Assembly (NCBI GenBank): GCA_965198005.1
Contig: CBDAOI010000004.1
Span: 1,312,001-1,376,000, forward strand
DNA length: 64,000 bases
DNA from: Spirochaetia bacterium
GTDB lineage: Bacteria; Spirochaetota; Spirochaetia; SZUA-6; Bin103
Direction: 5' to 3'
Of the stretch, positions 19,164 through 28,369 are shown piece by piece. The position numbers and the translations under genes are program-made. The notes under the pieces were generated by a model. That model was given only the letters and a program-made list of their open reading frames with translations, had not been told where the DNA came from and made no database searches. Numbering within the stretch: position 1 is the stretch's first letter; each line of letters opens with the position of its first letter.

Positions 19164-20942
19164 ATGCACGACTTGGCGATTCGCAACGGCCGCGTCATCG
19201 ACGGCAGCGGTCGGCCGGAGTATCAGGGGGACATCGGGATCGGCGGCGGCAAGGTCGCAGCCGTCGGGGCGGACGTCGGGCCCGCCCGGCGCGAGATCGA
19301 CGCCGCCGGCAAGCTGGTTACGCCGGGCTGGATCGACATGCACACCCACTTCGACGCGCAGGTGTCGTGGGATCCGTACCTCACGCCCTCCTGTTGGAAC
19401 GGCGTGACTACCATCGTCATGGGCAATTGCGGCGTCGGCTTCGCCCCGGTGCATCCCAAGGACCGCGACTGGCTGATGGACCTGATGGACGCGGTCGAGG
19501 ATATCCCGGCGATCGCGATGTCGGCCGGCATGACGTGGGCCTGGGAGACGTTTCCTGAATACCTGGACGCGATCGACCACAAGCCGCGCGTGATGGACGT
19601 CCTGACCCAGCTCCCGCACTGCGCGCTGCGCACCTACGTGATGGGCGAGCGCGGGGCGGAGGACATCCAGCCGACCGCCGCCGAGCTGGTCGAGATGACC
19701 CGCATCGTGCGCCAGGGGATCGAGGCGGGCGCGTTCGGCGTCTCCAGCAACCGCCTGCTGGCGCACCGCACCAAGCAGGGCGAGCTGATACCCGGCACCC
19801 TGGCCCGCTATCCCGAGATCGAGGCGATCGCCAAGGGCGCGGTCGAGGCCGGTGGCGGCGTGCTGCAGTTCGTCGGACCGTTCGAGCGCGAGTGGCTCTA
19901 CTCCCTGGCCCGGATGGCCGGCATCAGCGTGACCTACCTCATGGGCGAAGGCGGACGCGAGTCGCTGGACCCGCTGGAGGAGAAGGCGTACGCCAATGGC
20001 TGGCGGGTGTATCCCCAGGTCCGCGGCCGCGGCACCATGATCATCATGAACCTGGAAGCATCACTCCATCCGTACATGCTCAACTACGCGTATCGGGAGC
20101 TGGTCGGCTCGCTGCCGATGGCGGAGCGGCTACGCAAGATGCGCGACCCCGAGGTACGCGCGCGGATTCTCGCCAGCGACTGGGACCTGACCAACGACGT
20201 GCGCAAGAAGATCGGCAACAAGTATGGCGAGGTCGGCCCCGACGACAGCCCGTTCGTCGACGATACCACGCCGGGCAGCCGGCTGCCCTGGTTGCTGGAA
20301 CGGATCATCTCCAATCCCACGCGAGTCTACGTGCTCGGCGATCCGCCCGACTACGAGCCGGACGCGGCGGCCAGCGTCGCAACCTACGCCAGGAAGCACG
20401 GTATCTCGGCCGACCAGGCATTCTACGACCTGCTCACTGCCGACCGGGGTCAGACCATGCTGATCCACTACCTGGAAGGCTACTCCCAGGGCAACCTGGA
20501 GTACATGGCCGACATGATGCGCCATCCGATCACCCGCAACGGCCTGAGCGACGCCGGCGCCCACGTCGGCGCCATCTGCGACGCGCACATGCCGAGTTGG
20601 AACCTGGCGTTCTGGGGACGCGACCGCACCCGCGGCGGAAAGGTCGCGCTGGAGACGATCGTGAACAAGCAGACACGCGGCCCGGCGGAGGTGTACGGGC
20701 TGCTCGACCGCGGCCTGCTGCAGCCCGGCATGCGCGCCGACGTCAACGTGATCGACTTCGAGCGCCTGTCATGGCCGGCGCCGCACATCGTCTACGACCT
20801 GCCGGAGAGCGCCAAGCGGTTCATGCAGCGCACGGTCGGCTACGACTACACCATCTGCGGTGGCGAGATCGTGCTGGAGCACGACGACCTGACCGGTGCG
20901 CTCCCCGGCCGCCTGGTGCGCCGCCCGGGCAGGTCTCGCTAG
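19164..20942 (+). CDS. N-acyl-D-amino-acid deacylase family amidohydrolase
   Basis: PGWIDMHTHFD, GVTTIVMGNCG, GLSDAGAH, GMRADVNVID. Confidence 0.88.
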   Translation: MHDLAIRNGRVIDGSGRPEYQGDIGIGGGKVAAVGADVGPARREIDAAGKLVTPGWIDMHTHFDAQVSWDPYLTPSCWNGVTTIVMGNCGVGFAPVHPKDRDWLMDLMDAVEDIPAIAMSAGMTWAWETFPEYLDAIDHKPRVMDVLTQLPHCALRTYVMGERGAEDIQPTAAELVEMTRIVRQGIEAGAFGVSSNRLLAHRTKQGELIPGTLARYPEIEAIAKGAVEAGGGVLQFVGPFEREWLYSLARMAGISVTYLMGEGGRESLDPLEEKAYANGWRVYPQVRGRGTMIIMNLEASLHPYMLNYAYRELVGSLPMAERLRKMRDPEVRARILASDWDLTNDVRKKIGNKYGEVGPDDSPFVDDTTPGSRLPWLLERIISNPTRVYVLGDPPDYEPDAAASVATYARKHGISADQAFYDLLTADRGQTMLIHYLEGYSQGNLEYMADMMRHPITRNGLSDAGAHVGAICDAHMPSWNLAFWGRDRTRGGKVALETIVNKQTRGPAEVYGLLDRGLLQPGMRADVNVIDFERLSWPAPHIVYDLPESAKRFMQRTVGYDYTICGGEIVLEHDDLTGALPGRLVRRPGRSR

Positions 20943-21005
20943 CACCCTGCCGGCGTCGCGGCCCAGACCCACCGCCGGCAGCGACGAATCGGGCATAATG
21001 GCGGC

Positions 21006-22229
21006 ATGACGACAGGGCAGGGCGGCGGCCGCGGGCCGGCGCTGGCGGGGATTCGGGTGCTCGACGCGACGCGGGTGCTGGCGGGTCCGTACTGCACGAT
21101 GGTGCTGGCCGACATGGGGGCCGACGTGGTGAAGGTGGAGCGCACGGAGGGCGGCGACGACACGCGCGCCTGGGGGCCGCCCTACCTGGGAGACCCGGCG
21201 GCCGGGCTCAGCGCCTACTTCCTGGCGGTGAACCGCAACAAGCGCAGCCTGGCGATCGACCTGCGCAGCCCGCAGGGACGCCAGCTTTTCCTGGACCTGG
21301 CGGCGCGCAGCGACGTGGTGGTGGAGAACTTCGCGCCCGGCGTGGCCGAACGGCTGGGGCTGGATCATGCGGCGCTGTGCGCGGCCCGGCCGGACTTGGT
21401 GCACTGCTCGATCACCGCGTTCGGGCGCAAGCCGGGGCCGGGCTACGATCTGGTGATCCAGGGGCTGAGCGGGCTGATGTCGCTGACCGGCGAGCCGGAC
21501 GGGGCGCCGATGAAGGTGGGCGTGGCGCTCACCGACGTGATCGCGGGCCTGCACGCCGCGAGCGCGATCCTCGCCGCAGTGCTCAGCCGGCAGCGGACCG
21601 GCCAGGGACAGCACCTGGAGATCAACCTGATGGGGTCCACCGTGGCTGCGCTGGTGAACGTGGCGCAGGCGTTCCTGCTGAACCACCGCCCGCCGCGCCG
21701 CTTCGGCAACGCCCATCCGCAGATCGTGCCGTACGAGGTGTACGCGGCCGGCGACGGCTACGTCACCATCGGCGCCGGCAACAACAAGCTGTTCGCCGGG
21801 GCGTGTGCGGTGCTCGGCTGCCTCGAGCTGCTGCGCGATCCGCGCTTCGGCGACAACTCGGCGCGGGTGGCGAATCGGGCGGCCCTGAACGCCGTGCTGA
21901 CCCCGCTGGTTGCCGCGCGCACCTCCGCCGAGCTGGTGCGCGAGCTCACCGCGGCCGGGGTCCCGGCCGGAGCGGTAGCCGACCTGCCGCGCCTGTTCGG
22001 CGCGCCGCCGACCGCACCGCCCGGAGTCAACCTGCTGGAACTGGCGGCGGCGGACGACAAGCGTTATCTTTCGGTGGGACCGGTGGTCGAGATGCCGGGT
22101 CTCCGGGGCGACCCGCGCGGTGCGCCGCTGCTGGGACAGCATACCCGCGAGGTACTGCAGGAGGTGCTGGGCTTCTCGGCGGAGCATCTGACCGAGCTCG
22201 AGCGAGAGGGAGCGATTGCAACAGCATGA
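21006..22229 (+). CDS. Family III CoA-transferase (CaiB/BaiF)
   Basis: LAGIRVLD, MGADVVKVE, NRNKRS, VVENFAPG, PGYD. Confidence 0.92.
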   Translation: MTTGQGGGRGPALAGIRVLDATRVLAGPYCTMVLADMGADVVKVERTEGGDDTRAWGPPYLGDPAAGLSAYFLAVNRNKRSLAIDLRSPQGRQLFLDLAARSDVVVENFAPGVAERLGLDHAALCAARPDLVHCSITAFGRKPGPGYDLVIQGLSGLMSLTGEPDGAPMKVGVALTDVIAGLHAASAILAAVLSRQRTGQGQHLEINLMGSTVAALVNVAQAFLLNHRPPRRFGNAHPQIVPYEVYAAGDGYVTIGAGNNKLFAGACAVLGCLELLRDPRFGDNSARVANRAALNAVLTPLVAARTSAELVRELTAAGVPAGAVADLPRLFGAPPTAPPGVNLLELAAADDKRYLSVGPVVEMPGLRGDPRGAPLLGQHTREVLQEVLGFSAEHLTELEREGAIATA

Positions 22230-23443
22230 ATTCGCTGCTTGAAACCCCAACCTATACCCCGATGCCGCAGGCGGAACGGGAGGCGCTGCTGGCCGACGTC
22301 GAAGCCTACTGCCGGGAACTGCGGCCGCTCGAGGATCTGTGCTATCTGGAGCACCGCTACAACGAGGCGGTGGTTGCGCTCGGGCGCAAGCATGACCTCC
22401 TGGGCATGGTGGTGCCGAAGGAGTACGGCGGCCGCGGCGCGGACGCCCCCACCTATGCCGCCGCGATCGCGCGCATCGGCCGCGAAGGCTCCAGCGTGCG
22501 CACGCTGTTCTCCGGGCACTGCTCGATCGGGCAGACCCCGATCGTGGAGTGGGGCACGGAGGAGCAGAAGCGGCGCTACCTGCCGGCCACGGTGACCGGC
22601 GAGCGGATCCTGGCGTTCGGCCTCACCGAGCCCGACGCCGGTTCGAATCCCCTGGAGATGCGGAGCACCTACCGGCGGCAGGGCGATCACTACGTGCTCA
22701 ACGGCGTGAAGTACCTCATCTCCAACGCCACCATCGCCGGCGCCATCATCATGTTCGCCTACCCGGAGGACCCCGGCAACGGCAAGCGGCGGATCAGCGC
22801 GTTCATCATGGACACCGACGGCGAAGGGATCGAGCGCGAGGCGTTGACCGCCAAGCTCGGCATGCCCACCTGCGACACCGGCATGTTCGAGTTGACCGAG
22901 TACCGGGTGCCGGTGGAGAACCTGCTCGGCGCGGAGGGCGACGGCTTCGCGGTGGCGATGAAGACGCTGCGCAGCGGCCGGCTCAGCGTGGCCGCGGGGT
23001 GCGTGGGCGTGATCGAGGACTGCCTCGAGGCGGCGGTCGATTACGCCAAGGAGCGCCACCAGCACGGCAAGGCGATCGCCCGTCACCAGCTCGTGCAGGA
23101 CCACGTCGCGCAGATCGAGGTCGCGCGGCAGAGCAGCGCCAGCATCGTGGGTGACGCCGCGCGCTGGAAGGCGGCCAGTGACGACCGTCCCGGCGATGCC
23201 GAGCTGGCCAACCGCGTAGACCAGCTCATTGCGGAAGCCAAGTATGCGGCCAGCAACGCGGCCTTCAACGCGGCCGACCGGGCGCTGCAGGTGTTGGGCG
23301 GCAGAGGCTGGTCCGACCTGTACCGGCCCGGACGCCATCTCAAGGACGTGCGCGTGTGCCGGATCTACGAGGGGACCGACGAGGTTCTGAAGCTCAAGAT
23401 CGCGGCCGGAGTCCTCGGCCGGGAGTACGCCGCGTTCCGCTAG
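22226..23443 (+). CDS. Acyl-CoA dehydrogenase
   Basis: AFGLTEPDAGS, LNGVKYLISN, RIYEGT; ATGA overlap with the upstream gene. Confidence 0.93.
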   Translation: MNSLLETPTYTPMPQAEREALLADVEAYCRELRPLEDLCYLEHRYNEAVVALGRKHDLLGMVVPKEYGGRGADAPTYAAAIARIGREGSSVRTLFSGHCSIGQTPIVEWGTEEQKRRYLPATVTGERILAFGLTEPDAGSNPLEMRSTYRRQGDHYVLNGVKYLISNATIAGAIIMFAYPEDPGNGKRRISAFIMDTDGEGIEREALTAKLGMPTCDTGMFELTEYRVPVENLLGAEGDGFAVAMKTLRSGRLSVAAGCVGVIEDCLEAAVDYAKERHQHGKAIARHQLVQDHVAQIEVARQSSASIVGDAARWKAASDDRPGDAELANRVDQLIAEAKYAASNAAFNAADRALQVLGGRGWSDLYRPGRHLKDVRVCRIYEGTDEVLKLKIAAGVLGREYAAFR

Positions 23444-23545
23444 CTGGCCGAACGGCTGGCGGCGCTCCTGCGCCGGTCGGGCATCGACCCGGATATGGGG
23501 GCGTAGCGGAGGATCGGACCCGATTCAGCGGTCGCCGCGCCTGCG

Positions 23546-24001
23546 TCAGGCCTCCATCCGGGTGTGCAGCCCCTGCCAGGCGGCGGCGGCCACCTTGCCC
23601 ATTGCCGCCTCGATCAGGCTGGCGCCGACCGGCTTCAGCAGGCCGCTCAATTCCTCCACCTGCACCTGCCACTCCACGCGACTGCGGCCCTCACCGTCGG
23701 GCAGGCAGCGGATCTGCGCGTTCACGACCGCGCCGCCGCCGACACCCCTGCTGTCGATCCGGTAGCGCAGCGCCGCCGGGTCCGCCCGGTCCGCATCCTC
23801 CGGGCGCGTGATCGTGGTGCGCAGCGAGCCGCTGAGAAAGGTCAGGCCGGGCCGCACGCGGCACACCAGGGTGGCGCCGTCATTGCGCTCGATGCGGCTC
23901 AGGCCGGGGAGCGCCGTTGCCACCTGCTCCAGGTCGGCCAGGGCGGCGCGTACCCGGTCCCGGTCGCAGGCGAAACGCTCGGCGCCGCGGATCTCGATCA
24001 T
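23546..24001 (-). CDS. CoxG/SRPBCC (START-like) protein
   Basis: Length and pattern (LADLEQVATALPG...SGLLKPVGASLI). Confidence 0.7.
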   Translation of the reverse strand: MIEIRGAERFACDRDRVRAALADLEQVATALPGLSRIERNDGATLVCRVRPGLTFLSGSLRTTITRPEDADRADPAALRYRIDSRGVGGGAVVNAQIRCLPDGEGRSRVEWQVQVEELSGLLKPVGASLIEAAMGKVAAAAWQGLHTRMEA

Positions 24002-24047
24002 GCTCAGTGCGACTCCTTCGCCCGTCGTTGCGCGTTGCTACGCGCGG

Positions 24048-26240
24048 TCACTGGCCGGTTCCGTAGAACGCGGTTCCCGTGGCGGCGCGCGTGCTCAGCT
24101 CGGCACAGGGCCGGAACCGCGCACCGTACCGCTCCCGCAGCTCTTCCATCCGTTCCACCTGCCGCCTCAGGCCGTACTGGTCGGCGTAGCGCAGCACCCC
24201 GCCGCGATGGTCGGGAAAGCCGATGCCGAGCAGCAGCGTCAGGTCGAGGTAGAGCGGCCGGTCCACGATCCGCTCCGCCAGACAGCGCGCGGCCTCGTTC
24301 ACCAGCATCGCGAGGCAGCGCGCCACTCCGGCGGCGCTGTCGGGCGGCTCCTCCGTGCGCCCGGCGCCGGCCGCGCCCGCTGCTGAGGCGCCCGCCGCCA
24401 CGGCCTCCGTTTCCGCCACGGCCCCCGCCACCGAATCGGTGGCGGCCGCCGCCTCGCGGCCGGCGTAGCGGTAGAAGCCGGTTCCCGCGCCCCCCTTGCG
24501 CCCGGCGGCGCCGCGCTCCACGAGCCGGTGCAGGAACGGCGGCGGCGCCATGCGCGCGTCGAACGACGCGGCCAGCGAGCGGGCGATGTTCACCGTCACC
24601 TCGAGTCCGATCTCGTCCATCAGCCGGAACGGTCCCATCGGCATCCCCCAGGCGGCCAGCTCCCGGTCCAGCGCCTGCCAGTCGCCGCCGTCCTCCAGGA
24701 CGCGCGCCGCTTCCATGAGATAGGGGAACAGGATGCGGTTGACCAGGAACCCCGGCCGATTGCGCACCACCACCGGGGTCTTGCGCAGGCGCCGGGCCAG
24801 CTCCACCGCGCCCGCCAGCGCGCCGCGGCTGGTCGCGGGCACGGCCGCAATCTCGACCAGCGGCATGCGGTTGACCGGATTGAAGAAGTGCATGGCCAGG
24901 AACCGTTGCGGCCGCCGCAACGCGGTCGCCAACCGGTCCAGCGGCAGCGACGAGGTGTTGCTGGCGATCAGGGTGTCCGGCCCGACCTGCTGCTCCAGCT
25001 CGGCCAGCACCCGAAGCTTGAGCGCAGGCTCCTCGCTGACCGCCTCCACCACGAGGTCGAGATCAGCGAACTCCGTACCGTAAGTGGTGGTGGGGGCGAT
25101 CAGGCGCTGCCGGGCCGCGGCCGCGGCCTCGGCCAGCCGTCCGCGGGTCACCAGTTGCCGGTACATGCCGGCCGCCGCCGCCGTGCCCCGCCGCAGCGGT
25201 TCCGCGGCCACGTCCTTCATCGTTACCGGCAGACCGGCGTTGCTCAGCGCCCAGGCGATGCCGCCGCCCATCACGCCGGCTCCCAGCACCGCGGCGCGCG
25301 CCACCGGATGCGGCCGCGAATCCTCCAGCCCGAAGCGCTCGGCGCGCAGGCGGTTGCGGCTGAAGAACAGCGTCATCAGGTTGCGTCCCGCGCTGCTCGA
25401 CAGGCGCTCGGCGAACCCCGCCCGTTCCAGCGCCAACCCCTCGGCCAGCGGCGTGCCGGCGGCGGCGCGCACCACCTGCAGGGCCGCCAGCGGCGCCGCC
25501 GGGTGCAGCCGTCCGCGGCGGATGGTCGCTTCCACCTCGGCGGCGAGGGAGTCGCTGACCGCCGGCATCGCGGCGGCCGGCGCCGCGGCCGCGGGCGGGT
25601 CGGCGCGCACCTCGGCGATGGCGGCCTCGAGGCGGCTGCGTTGTACGCAACGGTCGACCAGCCCGGTCGCCGCGGCCTCGGGTCCGGTCAGCGCCCGCCC
25701 GCTGACGATCAGCGGCAAGGCGGCCGCCGGCCCGATCAGGCGCGGCAGCCGCTGGGTGCCGCCCCAGCCCGGAATGATGCCGAGCGTCACTTCCGGCAGG
25801 CCGATGCGGGTTTTGGGGTGGTCGGTCGCGATCCGGTAGCTGCAGGCCAGCGCGCACTCGGTGCCGCCGCCGAGGCAGGCGCCGTCGATCACCGCCACGG
25901 TCGGGACCGGCAGCGCGCCGATCCGGTCGAACAGCGCGTGCACGGTCCGGTTGAGGCGCGTGGCCGCGGCCGCGTCCGGCAGTGCCAGCAGCTCCTCAAT
26001 GTCCGCGCCGGCAATGAAGCAGTCGGGCTTCGCGCTACGCACCAGCACCAGCCGCACCGGCCGTCCGCCGGCCAGATCCGCTTCGACCACGCTCACCACC
26101 CGGTCCAGCTCCGCCAGCAGCGCACGCGAGAACACCACCAGCCGGGCGCCGGGCGGATCGAACAGTATCTCCACGGTGCCGTCGCCGGCGCGCGCGTAGC
26201 GGATCGCCGTGGTGGTCCGGGCGTGGTTCACGGGGCGCAA
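24048..26240 (-). CDS. Fatty-acid oxidation multifunctional enzyme (enoyl-CoA hydratase/3-hydroxyacyl-CoA dehydrogenase, FadJ/FadB-like)
   Basis: FIAGADI, CLGGGTE, GLPEVTLG, VLGAGVMGGG, ASNTSS, MHFFNP. Confidence 0.93.
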   Translation of the reverse strand: MRPVNHARTTTAIRYARAGDGTVEILFDPPGARLVVFSRALLAELDRVVSVVEADLAGGRPVRLVLVRSAKPDCFIAGADIEELLALPDAAAATRLNRTVHALFDRIGALPVPTVAVIDGACLGGGTECALACSYRIATDHPKTRIGLPEVTLGIIPGWGGTQRLPRLIGPAAALPLIVSGRALTGPEAAATGLVDRCVQRSRLEAAIAEVRADPPAAAAPAAAMPAVSDSLAAEVEATIRRGRLHPAAPLAALQVVRAAAGTPLAEGLALERAGFAERLSSSAGRNLMTLFFSRNRLRAERFGLEDSRPHPVARAAVLGAGVMGGGIAWALSNAGLPVTMKDVAAEPLRRGTAAAAGMYRQLVTRGRLAEAAAAARQRLIAPTTTYGTEFADLDLVVEAVSEEPALKLRVLAELEQQVGPDTLIASNTSSLPLDRLATALRRPQRFLAMHFFNPVNRMPLVEIAAVPATSRGALAGAVELARRLRKTPVVVRNRPGFLVNRILFPYLMEAARVLEDGGDWQALDRELAAWGMPMGPFRLMDEIGLEVTVNIARSLAASFDARMAPPPFLHRLVERGAAGRKGGAGTGFYRYAGREAAAATDSVAGAVAETEAVAAGASAAGAAGAGRTEEPPDSAAGVARCLAMLVNEAARCLAERIVDRPLYLDLTLLLGIGFPDHRGGVLRYADQYGLRRQVERMEELRERYGARFRPCAELSTRAATGTAFYGTGQ

Positions 26241-26354
26241 TACTACGCTGCCCGCGCGTCACCCAACAAGCAGCCGGCTGGATCGTACGTACCGCGGGTG
26301 GTCATTGGCACGCCGCCTGCGGGGTCGGTTTTGTCGGGGCAGGACGTGAAAACG

Positions 26355-26566
26355 GGGTAGGGAGCTCGCCCGGCCTACTGAGCTCAAACTCGGCGTCGTC
26401 CCCGCACACCGGGGACCGCGAGTCAGCACGTCGTGAACTGACAGGCTGTGACCGCTTCAGTGAGCGGCCTTCACGTTGTCCATCGGCCCAGTGGCTCCTT
26501 CAAGTGTGGTTTCTCTGCAGGCAGCTTCTCCGTCAGGAGAGAGGCCCGGCGAGTCTCCCAACCCAT
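26355..26566 (-). ncRNA. Candidate structured ncRNA (~210 nt, 6S-like closing stem)
   Basis: Minus-strand promoter TTGCCA-N17-TATCAT (26601-26573); 5' end (26542-26564) complementary to 3' end (26355-26376); followed by a T-run. Confidence 0.55.
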
Positions 26567-26736
26567 ACCCACATGATAGCAGACTGCGGCGGACCTGGCA
26601 ACAGGGCAGGCCGACGGGGCCGACGGGGGCCGACGGCCCCGTCGGCCTGCACGGCGCGCCGGCGCCAGCGTGCGATCTGCTTGATCCGCGGCTGAGCGGT
26701 GGCGCGTGCCGTCTGGGCGATGGGCGCGTCTGGGCG

Positions 26737-26798
26737 GATGGGCGCGATGGGCGCGATGGGCGCGATGGGCGCGATGGGCGCGATGGGCGCGATGGGCG
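26737..26798. repeat. 9-bp tandem repeat (GATGGGCGC), 6 copies plus a partial
   Basis: Read directly from the sequence. Confidence 0.95.
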
Positions 26799-26844
26799 TC
26801 GCGTGTGTTGACACAGCCACGAGGAAGCCCGAAACTCCTCCGGC

Positions 26845-28257
26845 ATGGACTTTCGTGAGACGACGGTTGAGCAACTCGTCGGTGCCGTGTGCTCGCGGCG
26901 GGTGTCAGCTCGTGACTTGACGCAAGCCGCGATCGACAACCTCGAGTCGTTGAACCCGCGGCTGAACGCTTTTTGCGCGGTGAACTTCGAGGATGCCTTG
27001 GCGCAAGCCGACGCGATCGACGCGCGCCTCAAGCACGGTGATCCCGTAGGGCCGCTGGCCGGCATCCCGATAGGCGTCAAGGATCTTGAGGATGCGCGCG
27101 GCTTCGTCACGACCTTCGGCGCCGAACTGCGCGTCAACGACCCACCCGCACAACACGACTCGGTTCTGGTCGCGCTGCTGCGCGCGGCTGGTTGCGTGAT
27201 CCTGGGCAAGACGAACACGCCCGAGTTCGGTTTCAAGGGAGTGACCGACAACCGGCCGTTCGGGGCGACGCGCAATCCCTGGAACCTGGATTACAGCCCG
27301 GGAGGTTCATCCGGTGGAACCGCGGCGGCGCTTGCCTCGGGCATGATTCCGCTGGGCACCGGGTCCGATGGCGGAGGTTCCATTCGCATTCCTTCGTCGG
27401 TCTGCGGGTTGAGCGGCCTCAAGCCAAGCCAGGGGCGGGTACCGGCCGGCGGCCCGTCTCCACCCGCATCGGGAGTCCTGAGCGTCAAGGGGCCGATGGC
27501 ACTTCGGGTTCGTGACGTCGCCTATGCGCTGGATGCGGTCGTGAGGCATGAACCGACCGACATCTTTTCGATGCCCCCGCCGGCCGAGTCCTGGCGTGCC
27601 GCATTGAACCGGCACAACCGGCCGCGGCGCGTGGTCTGGTCGCCGACGATGGGATTCGCCACGGTCGACTCGGAGATCATGCAGCATTGCGAAGCGGCCA
27701 TTGCGGCTCTCCGAGGCGCAGGGGTCGAGGTGGTCGTGCGTGAGACCATCTGGGAAGAGGATCCCGCCGGACCATGGTACCGGTTCTGGTCCGCATCCCG
27801 GGCGCGCGCTCAAGGCGATTTGCGCGGCACACCGCAATGGGACCGGATCGACGAGGGGCTGAAGCCCCTGATCGAACACGGAATGGCCAACGTCAGCGGA
27901 GTCGACTACGCCCGGGCGCTCGATGCCTGTCACTATCTGAACGCCAAGCTGGTCGACGCGTTCCGGGAAGGAGACTTCATCCTCACGCCGACCACCTGCG
28001 GCCAGACTCCCAAAGCCGGTTCGGCCGTCGGCACGATCGACGGCCAGGAGACGGAACGCTGGGTCGGTTTCACGCAGGGTATCAACATGACGCGCAACCC
28101 GGCGGGTACCGTGTGCGTCGGCAAGACCGGACTCGGCCTGCCGATCGGCCTGCAGGTCATCGGCAACCAGCGCGACGACGTTGGCGTGCTGAAGACCATG
28201 TGCTTCCTCGAAGACCTGCTCGCTCAGCCGCACAACGCTCCAGTCGGTGCGGCCTGA
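26845..28257 (+). CDS. Amidase signature family enzyme
   Basis: GVKD, GKTNTPEF, PGGSSGG, GSDGGGSIRIPS. Confidence 0.93.
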   Translation: MDFRETTVEQLVGAVCSRRVSARDLTQAAIDNLESLNPRLNAFCAVNFEDALAQADAIDARLKHGDPVGPLAGIPIGVKDLEDARGFVTTFGAELRVNDPPAQHDSVLVALLRAAGCVILGKTNTPEFGFKGVTDNRPFGATRNPWNLDYSPGGSSGGTAAALASGMIPLGTGSDGGGSIRIPSSVCGLSGLKPSQGRVPAGGPSPPASGVLSVKGPMALRVRDVAYALDAVVRHEPTDIFSMPPPAESWRAALNRHNRPRRVVWSPTMGFATVDSEIMQHCEAAIAALRGAGVEVVVRETIWEEDPAGPWYRFWSASRARAQGDLRGTPQWDRIDEGLKPLIEHGMANVSGVDYARALDACHYLNAKLVDAFREGDFILTPTTCGQTPKAGSAVGTIDGQETERWVGFTQGINMTRNPAGTVCVGKTGLGLPIGLQVIGNQRDDVGVLKTMCFLEDLLAQPHNAPVGAA

Positions 28258-28308
28258 CCCCGGCCTGACCCCATCACGGAGCACCGGAGAACCGGAGAAT
28301 GCGCGCGC

Positions 28309-28338
28309 TTGACACCTCCGTCGCGAACGTGTCATACC
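28309..28338 (+). promoter_or_regulatory. Promoter with overlapping palindromic operator
   Basis: TTGACA -35 overlapping TGACAC-N13-GTGTCA, upstream of SD AGGAAGGAG. Confidence 0.45.
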
Positions 28339-28369
28339 TAAACTCAACTTACAGGAAGGAGACATATTC

